Shown here piece by piece: positions 9,076 to 16,009 of a DNA stretch of 64,000 nt. The notes below the pieces were generated by a model. It had not been told where the DNA came from. It worked only from the letters and a program-made list of their open reading frames with translations, and did not search any database. A program made the translations under genes and the position numbers. Source of the DNA: Candidatus Nanoarchaeia archaeon. GTDB lineage: Archaea; Nanobdellota; Nanobdellia; CSSed11-243R1. Position 1 is the first letter of the stretch, and each line of letters opens with the position of its first letter. The stretch covers positions 758,610 through 822,609 of the forward strand of contig JAQTNH010000001.1 of NCBI GenBank assembly GCA_028713895.1, in the 5' to 3' direction.

Positions 9076-10585
9076 TTATCCTTTGACAACGCCAATGGGC
9101 TTCAGCCTTGCGACAAGGTTTCCGATTCCTGCTTCGTGCGAGACTCTTGCAACCTCGTCAATGTCCTTGTAAGCACCAGGAGCCTCCTCTACGATTCCCA
9201 TCTTTGATGCCGCCTTTATTATAATTCCGCGGTCTCCGAGCTCCTTGACTATTGTGTCTGCGCGATAGCTTCGGATTGCTTCTCCGCGGCTCATCATTCT
9301 TCCTGCGCCATGAGCAGTGCTTCCGAATGTTTTTTCCATTGCAGTTTCGCTGCCAACAAGAACATATGATGCTGTTCCCATGCTGCCCGGAATAAGAACC
9401 GGCTGCCCGACTGAACGATAGTCGCTTGGAATCTCTGGCCTGCCTGGACCAAATGAACGGGTTGCGCCCTTTCGGTGCACGTAAACCTTTCGGAGTTTGC
9501 CATCAATCTTGTGCTCCTCAACTTTTGCAAGATTGTGCGCAACATCATAGACAACCTGCATATCCAGGTCTTCCCAGCTTTTTCCAAGGGCTTCTTCAAA
9601 TGCCTGTCGTGACCAGTGAAGAATCATCTGGCGGTTGCACCATGCAAAGTTTGCTGCTGCGCTCATTGCCTTGAGATACCTTTCGGCTATGTCGCTGCCT
9701 GCTGGCGCATAAATTAATTCGCGGTCAGGAAGTTTTGCAATTATATCTGGATAAGCTTTTTCCATCTCGCGTATGTAATCGCTGCAGACCTGATGCCCGA
9801 TTCCCCTACTGCCTGTGTGAATCATCAGTGTGACCTGGCCTTCCTCAAGCCCGAATGCTTTTGCAACTTTTTTGTCAAAGATTTTTTCAACATACTGGAT
9901 TTCAAGAAAATGATTGCCTGAGCCAAGGCTTCCAAGTTGCGGCATTCCGCGCTTCTTTGCCTCTGGGCTCACATATTTTGGGTCAGCGACTTTTATGCAG
10001 CCCTCTTCCTCAAGGTGCTTCAAATCCTGTTCAGTGCCAAATCCGTGTTCAACTGCCCATCGCGCTCCAAGCTTCAGGACATTGTCGAACTCTTCCTGAG
10101 TCTGCACCTTTGTTTTTCCCTTGCTTCCTAATCCGCTTGGAACATTGCGGAAAAGAGCTTCAAGAAGCGGATGTATATTTTCTTCTGCCTGCTTTTTGAC
10201 AAGGTTAGTTCTAACTAGTCTCACACCGCAGTTTATATCATCTTAGGGGACATAGTTTTCCTATAATCCAATCCTATGCCGCCGGGTGAGATACCCCCTT
10301 CCTTGAAATCCAAAGCTGCAACGCCGCCAATTGGGAACCCGTCTAAGGTCCGATTTTCATTGGAAATCCTTCGTGCCCATCTGGCAGGGTTATTGCGTAC
10401 TTATAGATTCCAGGCAAAGTGGCTACTCCAGCGCATTGAGTTAAGGTCCGGTCCTGTTTCATCTTTTCCAGAAGATTCTGGGAAGCAAAGACGCGTCCGG
10501 GAACGTTCATGTTCGGAATTGTTCCGACAGGAATTTCCCACTCAGTGTCGTTGATTTTATTCAGTGTTACATTGCTGGCATTCAT
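9076..10585 (-). CDS. rtcB: RNA-splicing ligase RtcB; coding sequence interrupted by two BHB-type mini-introns (exons 10585..10366, 10342..10271, 10241..9076; spliced product 485 aa)
   Basis: ORF track gives two fragments in different frames (10343..10585 ending ...LPDGHEGFPMKIGP*; 9076..10224 starting inside ...GVRLVRTNL). Removing 23 nt and 29 nt joins them in frame and recreates [14 protein letters not shown] and [15 protein letters not shown]. The C-terminal part has RtcB-like GSRGIGHQ, VAHN, HRKGATR, GSMGTASY and HGAGR blocks. Confidence 0.85.
10242..10270 (-). other. BHB mini-intron 2 of rtcB (29 nt, phase 1, inside a Tyr codon U|AU)
   Basis: mRNA sense: GGCA-UAGG-AU|U-GGAU(U)AUAG-GAAAA-CUAU-GUCC-CCUA-AG|A-UGAU. 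4-bp central helix UAGG/CCUA, identical bulges AUU and AGA, inner stem-loop closed by GAAAA. Confidence 0.8.
10343..10365 (-). other. BHB mini-intron 1 of rtcB (23 nt, phase 1, inside a Tyr codon U|AC)
   Basis: mRNA sense: CACG-AAGG-AU|U-UCC-AAUGAAAAUC-GGA-CCUU-AG|A-CGGG. 4-bp central helix AAGG/CCUU flanked by 3-nt bulges AUU and AGA, inner helix UCC/GGA, outer helix CG/CG; contains the in-frame TAG that ends the 80-aa ORF. Confidence 0.8.
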
Positions 10586-11717
10586 TTAAGCTCCAAATAA
10601 TTTCATTGCCTTTTCTTTGTCGTCTAACATAATCTAATTTTTCTAATCCTTTTATTCTTTTCCCTCTTTTGGTATAACCTGATAAATGGTAAGTTATGAG
10701 CTTTGGAGTTATATCCAACTTTTTTGCCAATTCCTTTGTCGAATGTTGTCCGTTGCCCAATTCTTTCAATATTTGATTTTTAGTTACCCCTTTAGGTCTG
10801 TGATTCCAATTACGTTCTTTTATACTTAAATAAAACTCCAAATCTGCGCTCTTTTTGTTATTGGTAAAACCTATATTTTCTTTGAAATATTTAAACGCGA
10901 AAGGTGATATCCCAAAAGAGTGTTCAATTCTTTGGTCCCTGCTTCTTGTATAAGTCGAACTCAATTTTATTTTTGGATGGTGAAGCTCAATAAGTTTCTT
11001 TAAATCGTTTAACAGTTTAAAGTTAGCAGAATAAGTACGAATTCCAGAATGTCCGATACTTCCTTCATCATCTATAAATGCCCTAATTGCGAGAGTTGAA
11101 AATTTTTTAGGCAACTCAAACAGTCTTTTTGGCAACCTTCCATTAAATGTTCCAAATTTTAGTTTGTATAACTTGGATATTGTATAACAGATACATTTAG
11201 GGAAAATTATTGAAGTTGGCGTTTTTGTAATTTCAACATCTCCAAAACATCGTTTGATATAATAAGCAAATTCATCTAATTGTTTTTCATTGTAGCTTCT
11301 GTAATAATTTGTATTATTCGGGAGTCCTGAGCCATCACATAATATATGTGTTATTAAACCAAAAAGTTCAGGAGTTTCTTTGAGAGGAAGAACTGGACTA
11401 TTAAATTTGTTGCCTGCACCGATTGTTTTGTATGAAACAATATTCTTTTCCAGTCCATTAATTTTAATCTTGTAATACCTTGTTAATGTTAAGACGTTTA
11501 ACAAAGGGATATACTGTTTTCCTTTTCTCCATGGGCCCATTGATTTGCCCCTATCGCAAGTTCCGGTTAGCCATCTGGATACTGTACTGGGGCTTTTGTT
11601 TGTCAGAGAACATACCAATCTTTTGTTACACAGAATTTTATTTCTGAGCTTCTTGTTTAATAGAACACAAATCTTTGATTGCGGGAATTCAGAAATATGA
11701 AATGATTTTATGCTCAT
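10557..11717 (-). CDS. free-standing LAGLIDADG-family homing-endonuclease-like protein with N-terminal HTH and C-terminal winged-helix regions
   Basis: 386-aa ORF with two dodecapeptide motifs (LFGLITHILCDGSG and LAIRAFIDDEGSIG), HTH-like SPSTVSRWLTG and wHTH-like STKELAKKLDITPKLITYHL; its 3' end overlaps the rtcB start by 29 nt. Confidence 0.75.
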   Translation of the reverse strand: MSIKSFHISEFPQSKICVLLNKKLRNKILCNKRLVCSLTNKSPSTVSRWLTGTCDRGKSMGPWRKGKQYIPLLNVLTLTRYYKIKINGLEKNIVSYKTIGAGNKFNSPVLPLKETPELFGLITHILCDGSGLPNNTNYYRSYNEKQLDEFAYYIKRCFGDVEITKTPTSIIFPKCICYTISKLYKLKFGTFNGRLPKRLFELPKKFSTLAIRAFIDDEGSIGHSGIRTYSANFKLLNDLKKLIELHHPKIKLSSTYTRSRDQRIEHSFGISPFAFKYFKENIGFTNNKKSADLEFYLSIKERNWNHRPKGVTKNQILKELGNGQHSTKELAKKLDITPKLITYHLSGYTKRGKRIKGLEKLDYVRRQRKGNEIIWSLNECQQCNTE

Positions 11718-11753
11718 ATATTAGTATTACACATTTTGCTTTATTTAATTTGA

Positions 11754-11779
11754 GGTGTTGTCCAGTATGTCCAGTAATC
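11754..11779. promoter_or_regulatory. conserved 26-nt element, copy 1 (GGTGTTGTCCAGTATGTCCAGTAATC; tandem TGTCCAGTA half-sites)
   Basis: Identical 26-mer at 52097..52122 and a 22/26 match at 28578..28603. Lies 37 nt upstream of the LAGLIDADG gene ATG, directly upstream of a TTAAATAAA TATA-like box (minus-strand sense). Confidence 0.5.
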
Positions 11780-11786
11780 ACCCTTG

Positions 11787-12014
11787 TTACTTCATTTTTT
11801 TCAGAGTTTCAGACACAAAATCCACAAGCTCAAGCGGAACAGTGACTGCCTTGTTGTAGCGAGGCTCGCCGTCCGGGGTTGTGAAGCCTTTTGCGATTGT
11901 TATGAACTCGTTTCCGGTTTCAGCATCCTTTGTGCGCTTTACCTCGATAAAGTTCCTGCTACCTGTCTGGTTCTTTCGCTCTGCTTTGAGTGTCTGCCAT
12001 CTTTCGTCTGCCAT
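11787..12014 (-). CDS. small hypothetical protein, possibly PC4/YdbC-like ssDNA-binding fold
   Basis: 75-aa ORF; pattern ...ITIAKGFTTPDGEPRYNKAVTVPLEL... resembles the PC4 C-terminal domain as I recall it; weak. Confidence 0.35.
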   Translation of the reverse strand: MADERWQTLKAERKNQTGSRNFIEVKRTKDAETGNEFITIAKGFTTPDGEPRYNKAVTVPLELVDFVSETLKKMK

Positions 12015-12027
12015 AATGATTACCCCT

Positions 12028-12468
12028 TTAAATGTCTATCAGAACTTTTACCCTATATTTGCCTTTCTTTTCCTCGATTTCCATGAAATGGTAAGTGACT
12101 GCTTTTACAGCTTTTCCTTCAGTATGTTTGTCAGGATTGAACTCCTCACCTGAGGCTGTTGCTGTAAGGGTCCATTTGTTGTTTTTATGCTCGATTTTGT
12201 CAACTTTTATGTTATGAAAAATCATTGATTCAGCGTCCTGGAAATAAATGAACTTGTTAAGAAACTCGAAAAGCAATGACTGTTTGTCTTCTGCCTCGAT
12301 TTTGATTGCCTTTTTTATTGAAGATTTGACATTGTCAGAAGTTACTATGAATTTGCCCAAGCCGATTGCAGCGTTCTGGAAAGCCTCTTCAAGAGTTTTC
12401 CCGTATGACTCTATGTAAAAGTCAGCTGTGTGTTCGCGGAACTTGAATCGCTTTTCTTTGTCAGGCAT
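12028..12468 (-). CDS. archease (RtcB activator family)
   Basis: 146-aa ORF ...FKFREHTADFYIESYGKTLEEAFQNAAIGL...AVTYHFMEI...; archease-like N-terminal HTAD motif and size. Confidence 0.8.
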   Translation of the reverse strand: MPDKEKRFKFREHTADFYIESYGKTLEEAFQNAAIGLGKFIVTSDNVKSSIKKAIKIEAEDKQSLLFEFLNKFIYFQDAESMIFHNIKVDKIEHKNNKWTLTATASGEEFNPDKHTEGKAVKAVTYHFMEIEEKKGKYRVKVLIDI

Positions 12469-12502
12469 AATTCTTTTAAATTCACGTCTATATAAAAAGG
12501 TA

Positions 12503-12997
12503 ATGAAATACTATGATGAAATTGCGAAAGGATATGATGAGCTTTACGGAGAAGAGCAGAAGAAAAAGTGGGCAATTGCAAAGAAACTGATTTCCTTCTC
12601 AAAAAGCGATGTTGTGCTGGATTTGGGATGTGGCACTGGTTTGATAATCCCAGAGATTGCAAAGCAGACAAAAATGGTTGTGGGTATGGATTATTCCTCA
12701 GGAATGCTGGAAAAAGCTCCGAAACTTGAAAATGCGATTTATGTGCTTGGGGATGCAGCGGATATTCCTTTTGAAGACAAGTATTTTGACGCGGTTATTT
12801 CACTTACAATGATTCAGGACATAAAGGAATGGAGGTCTGTGCTCGCAGAAATCAAAAGAGTTTGTAAGGGAGATGTTGTTTTGACGCTTTTGAAGCGCGG
12901 AAAAGACATTGAAGATGTTAAAACGAGGATAGGGAAGTTTTTTAAGGTAAAAAATTTTATTGAAGAAGAAAAGGATTACATATTTTTATTGGGGTGA
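12503..12997 (+). CDS. class I SAM-dependent methyltransferase
   Basis: ORF 12428..12997 trimmed to ATG at 12503 (MKYYDEIAKGYDELYG...); motif I VLDLGCGTG. Confidence 0.75.
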   Translation: MKYYDEIAKGYDELYGEEQKKKWAIAKKLISFSKSDVVLDLGCGTGLIIPEIAKQTKMVVGMDYSSGMLEKAPKLENAIYVLGDAADIPFEDKYFDAVISLTMIQDIKEWRSVLAEIKRVCKGDVVLTLLKRGKDIEDVKTRIGKFFKVKNFIEEEKDYIFLLG

Positions 12998-12998
12998 A

Positions 12999-13952
12999 AT
13001 GAAAATGGCAAAGAAAATTCTTGTTACAGGAGCAGTGGGGCAGATTGGCTCGGAACTTGTGCCTGCATTGCGCAAAAAATACGGCGCAGAAAATGTTATT
13101 GCAACTGGGCACAGCACAATGCCTTCGGACGAGTTTCTGAAGTCAGGCCCTTTTGAGATTGCTGACATAACAAATGTAGATACACTTCGAAAAATAGTTG
13201 AAAAGTACGACATTAAAATCATTTATCACCTTGTTTCGCTCCTTTCAGCAGTCGGGGAGCAGAAGCCTGACATTGCGTGGCACATTAACATGCAGAGCCT
13301 GAAAAATGTGCTTGATATTGCACGGGACTTTAAGATTGAACAGGTGTTCTGGCCAAGCTCAATAGCCGCGTTCGGACCAGACACGCCAAAAAACAACACT
13401 CCCAACGAGACTATTCTCAGGCCATCGACAATGTATGGAGTCACAAAGGTTGCCGGAGAATTATTATGCGAATATTACAACAAGAAATACGGAGTTGACG
13501 TCAGAAGCATCCGTTATCCCGGCATCATAAGCTACAAAACCCTTCCTGGCGGAGGGACAACCGATTATGCGGTTGCAATATACTTTGAGGCAATCAAGAA
13601 CAAGAAGTACAAATGCTTTGTGCGAAAGGACACTGTGCTTCCGATGATGTATATGCCTGACTGCGTAAAAGCAACGCTTGATTTGATGGCAGCAGACAAT
13701 TCAAAGCTGAAGCACCGCGTGTTCAACCTGACTGCAATGAGCTTTTCAGCAGAAGAGCTTGCGAAAGAAATCAAGAAGCATATTCCTGAATTTGAATGCA
13801 CTTATGAGCCTGATTTCAGGCAGAAAATCGCGGATTCATGGCCCAAGTCAATTGATGACAGCGCTGCGCGCAATGAGTGGGGCTGGAAGCCGGATTATGA
13901 CATCGCAAAAATGACCAAGGATATGCTGACAGAAATCAAAAAGAAAGTATAA
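12999..13952 (+). CDS. NAD-dependent epimerase/dehydratase family protein (L-threonine 3-dehydrogenase-like)
   Basis: ORF 12960..13952; likely start MKMAKKILVTGAVGQIGSEL (Rossmann GxxGxxG), YxxxK (YGVTKVAGE). Confidence 0.7.
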   Translation: MKMAKKILVTGAVGQIGSELVPALRKKYGAENVIATGHSTMPSDEFLKSGPFEIADITNVDTLRKIVEKYDIKIIYHLVSLLSAVGEQKPDIAWHINMQSLKNVLDIARDFKIEQVFWPSSIAAFGPDTPKNNTPNETILRPSTMYGVTKVAGELLCEYYNKKYGVDVRSIRYPGIISYKTLPGGGTTDYAVAIYFEAIKNKKYKCFVRKDTVLPMMYMPDCVKATLDLMAADNSKLKHRVFNLTAMSFSAEELAKEIKKHIPEFECTYEPDFRQKIADSWPKSIDDSAARNEWGWKPDYDIAKMTKDMLTEIKKKV

Positions 13953-13959
13953 AACCAAA

Positions 13960-14109
13960 CTATTTGCCGCAGACAGCGCCAAGGTCAACCATTCTTCGAT
14001 AGTCTGACCATCTTCGTTCAAGATCTTTCATTTCTTTAATCTCTTCCCTAGTAATTCCTGAACTAAGCATTAGATTTTTGTACGCTTCATTGCGAACTTC
14101 GTAAGCCAT
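13960..14109 (-). CDS. small hypothetical protein (49 aa)
   Basis: Own translation: MAYEVRNEAYKNLMLSSGITREEIKEMKDLERRWSDYRRMVDLGAVCGK*; preceded by GGTGAT SD 5 nt upstream; below the ORF-track size cut-off. Confidence 0.4.
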   Translation of the reverse strand: MAYEVRNEAYKNLMLSSGITREEIKEMKDLERRWSDYRRMVDLGAVCGK

Positions 14110-14125
14110 TTTATCACCCTTTTGC

Positions 14126-14380
14126 TTAACAACTAATCTTGTCTGCTGAAGTTATAAAACATTCGTTTGCGCAGCTGTTTCCGCAAAAGTCTGATTTTGC
14201 ATTGTCTTTTGAGTCGCCTGCAGCCACTCTTGCCTGCGCTGTCAAGCACATCTGTGTGCACTGCACCTTGTCAAAAGAATGGTTGCTTGCGCTTGCCTCA
14301 GAAAAGAAGAATATCCCGACTGCTATCAGTACGAACATAGCCAGCATTGTTATTACGATTGTATTCATAGGTAATTCCAT
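14126..14380 (-). CDS. small membrane-anchored Cys-rich protein
   Basis: 84-aa ORF with N-terminal hydrophobic helix (IVITMLAMFVLIAVGIFFF) and 6 Cys in the exposed part. Confidence 0.45.
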   Translation of the reverse strand: MELPMNTIVITMLAMFVLIAVGIFFFSEASASNHSFDKVQCTQMCLTAQARVAAGDSKDNAKSDFCGNSCANECFITSADKISC

Positions 14381-14385
14381 TTATA

Positions 14386-15162
14386 TCACCCTTTAGTTCC
14401 ATAAATCTCTTTGATTTGTTTTTCAAGATAAGCCAAATGCATTTTTTCATCAATTTTCATCAATTTTTGAAGAAATTTGTATTGAGCTTCTAGAGTAGGA
14501 CTGTTTCCTTGTTTATTGGCTGACTCTATTTTACCCAGCTTTTCAAAGTAGTCATTTATTTGTTTTCTTGCGTATATTTGAGATGTTCTGTACGCATCAG
14601 CTGTAGGATACATCTTTCTTATAACCTCATATTGTGTGTTTAGTTCGAGAACCTTGTCTAATTTTTCATCTTTTTCAATCATGTTTGTTAGTTCTTTTAT
14701 AAACAGGTCCTTTTGTTTATTGTTTTTAAGAATAGATTTAGCTGCAGCTTTGTATTGTTGAATGACACTTTTTTCAGTTTCGCATTCTTGAAGTACAGCG
14801 TATACACCATCCAATTTTTCCTTGGTTTCGTTTAGCGAAGAATAATCCTTTTTTGCTATGTCATACATTGATTGTTTTAAATTTCTAGGCGATAATCGTT
14901 TTTCCAGTTCTTTTAAATGTTCTTTTCTGAACTCATTTCTGTGCTTATTAAGCTCTTGTTTCATTTCTTTTTTTTCGTCTTTATCAAGATCTTCGAGTCC
15001 GACTTCAACTAGATTATCAAATATTATGTCTACATATTCTTTTACAGCTTCTGTAACTTTTTGCTTGTATGTATCATCTTTGGAAACAAATTTAACTAAT
15101 ATCTCGGTTCGCTGTTCTATAAGCTTTGATCTTACAATTTCTTCTAATTCCGAACGTTCCAT
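14386..15162 (-). CDS. hypothetical coiled-coil protein
   Basis: 258-aa K/E-rich ORF, no recognisable family. Confidence 0.45.
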   Translation of the reverse strand: MERSELEEIVRSKLIEQRTEILVKFVSKDDTYKQKVTEAVKEYVDIIFDNLVEVGLEDLDKDEKKEMKQELNKHRNEFRKEHLKELEKRLSPRNLKQSMYDIAKKDYSSLNETKEKLDGVYAVLQECETEKSVIQQYKAAAKSILKNNKQKDLFIKELTNMIEKDEKLDKVLELNTQYEVIRKMYPTADAYRTSQIYARKQINDYFEKLGKIESANKQGNSPTLEAQYKFLQKLMKIDEKMHLAYLEKQIKEIYGTKG

Positions 15163-15246
15163 TTATAGCACCCCTATTTATTGTTACTACTAATAAGTAA
15201 CTATTTATAAACCTTTTGGTGTAAGCATGGCTAGATTGTGTAAAAT

Positions 15247-15446
15247 CGCCGGGACTGGGAATTTCAGCGTCTTTCCGTGCACGCTTTTAGCGCAGCGCGA
15301 AAGGGTGCATTTGAACCCAGATATCCTTGCGGAAACCAGCTAACAGGTAGTTCTGTACGCCTTTTTTCAAAGGCATTTCCAGGCATGCGCGTTTTTCTTC
15401 TTGAAAAAGAAAAGCTTGGCGCCATACCGAGTTAGGCGATCCCGGC
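15247..15446 (-). tRNA. tRNA-Ser(GGA), class II, with three BHB introns (positions 29/30, 37/38, 59/60)
   Basis: Hand-folded. Exons 15446..15417, 15384..15377, 15341..15310, 15260..15247 (84 nt mature); introns 15416..15385 (32 nt), 15376..15342 (35 nt), 15309..15261 (49 nt). Acceptor GCCGGGA/TCCCGGC, 3-bp D stem, anticodon arm CCAGC-CTGGAAA-GCTGG, 15-nt variable arm with GCAA loop, T arm CTGGG-TTCAAAT-CCCAG, G73. Central helices GCGC/GCGC, CUGG/CCUG (one U.U), UUCA/UGAA. 84+116=200 nt matches the span. Confidence 0.8.
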
Positions 15447-15583
15447 AAAGCCTTTCGCTTACCCTGTTCGCAAAGCCTTTAGGGAAAACGAAAAGCTCTG
15501 ACATAAGAAAACTTTTGTTGACTTAAAAAACTATTGTCTATACAACAATAAAGCTTTTATTGGGATATTGGGTTCTTCACATT

Positions 15584-16009
15584 ATGGGAACAATGGTTAA
15601 AGAGCTGATGGATGACTGCCCTGTTACAATAACACAGGACATATCAATAAAATCCGCTGTGCAGCTTTTGGTAAAGCACAAGCACAGGCTTCTTCCGGTT
15701 GTAAACGAAATGAATTATGTTGTTGGAGCATTTTCAGAGACTGATTTGATGAAACTTGTAAAGCTGCAGCCGCTCCCAACCGCATCTTCGGTGTGGACAA
15801 ATATACCAAAAGACATTGCTGAGCGAAAAGTTTCAGAACTTATGAACTCGCACCCAGTCACGATAAGCGAAAGGGCAGAAATAAAAGATGCCTTGAACCT
15901 GATGAATGTCACAAATGTAAAAGCGATTATGGTTCTTGACATGGATGATAAACTTGTTGGAATAATACGGTTCAGGAGAATCATTGACAAGATGCTGGAG
16001 AACCTTTAA
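15584..16009 (+). CDS. CBS-domain pair protein
   Basis: ORF 15560..16009 trimmed to ATG 15584; two CBS-like repeats (...HRLLPVVNEMNYVVGAFSETDL...; ...VKAIMVLDMDDKLVGIIRFRRII...). Confidence 0.7.
   Translation: MGTMVKELMDDCPVTITQDISIKSAVQLLVKHKHRLLPVVNEMNYVVGAFSETDLMKLVKLQPLPTASSVWTNIPKDIAERKVSELMNSHPVTISERAEIKDALNLMNVTNVKAIMVLDMDDKLVGIIRFRRIIDKMLENL

Noticed and set aside
9294-10199. ORFs nested in or antisense to rtcB exon 3 (9294..9599, 9426..9674, 9855..10199 and others)
   Set aside because: They overlap the well-conserved RtcB frame and have no independent support.
10224-10343. rtcB as a pseudogene with two frameshifts, as a programmed-frameshift gene, or as an intein-containing gene (as in Pyrococcus RtcB)
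   Set aside because: The two insertions are 23 and 29 nt, so they are not in frame and are far too short for an intein. Each sits exactly in a Tyr codon of a conserved motif. Each is bounded by a 4-bp helix with two 3-nt bulges identical in geometry to the tRNA introns nearby. Random frameshift decay would not produce this. No slippery heptamer is present. A pseudogene cannot be excluded without RNA data, but it is the less parsimonious reading.
10557-11717. LAGLIDADG ORF as an intron-encoded or intein-encoded endonuclease
   Set aside because: No flanking host-gene halves and no BHB structure were found at its borders. It has its own upstream TATA-like box and a start codon, so it is treated as free-standing (an intron-derived origin remains possible).
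15163-15560. SRP RNA or RNase P RNA in the ~400-nt gene-free region
   Set aside because: The region resolves completely as a 200-nt tRNA-Ser precursor with three introns (terminal acceptor helix, T-loop, class II features). No SRP helix-8 or RNase P conserved-region motifs were recognised.
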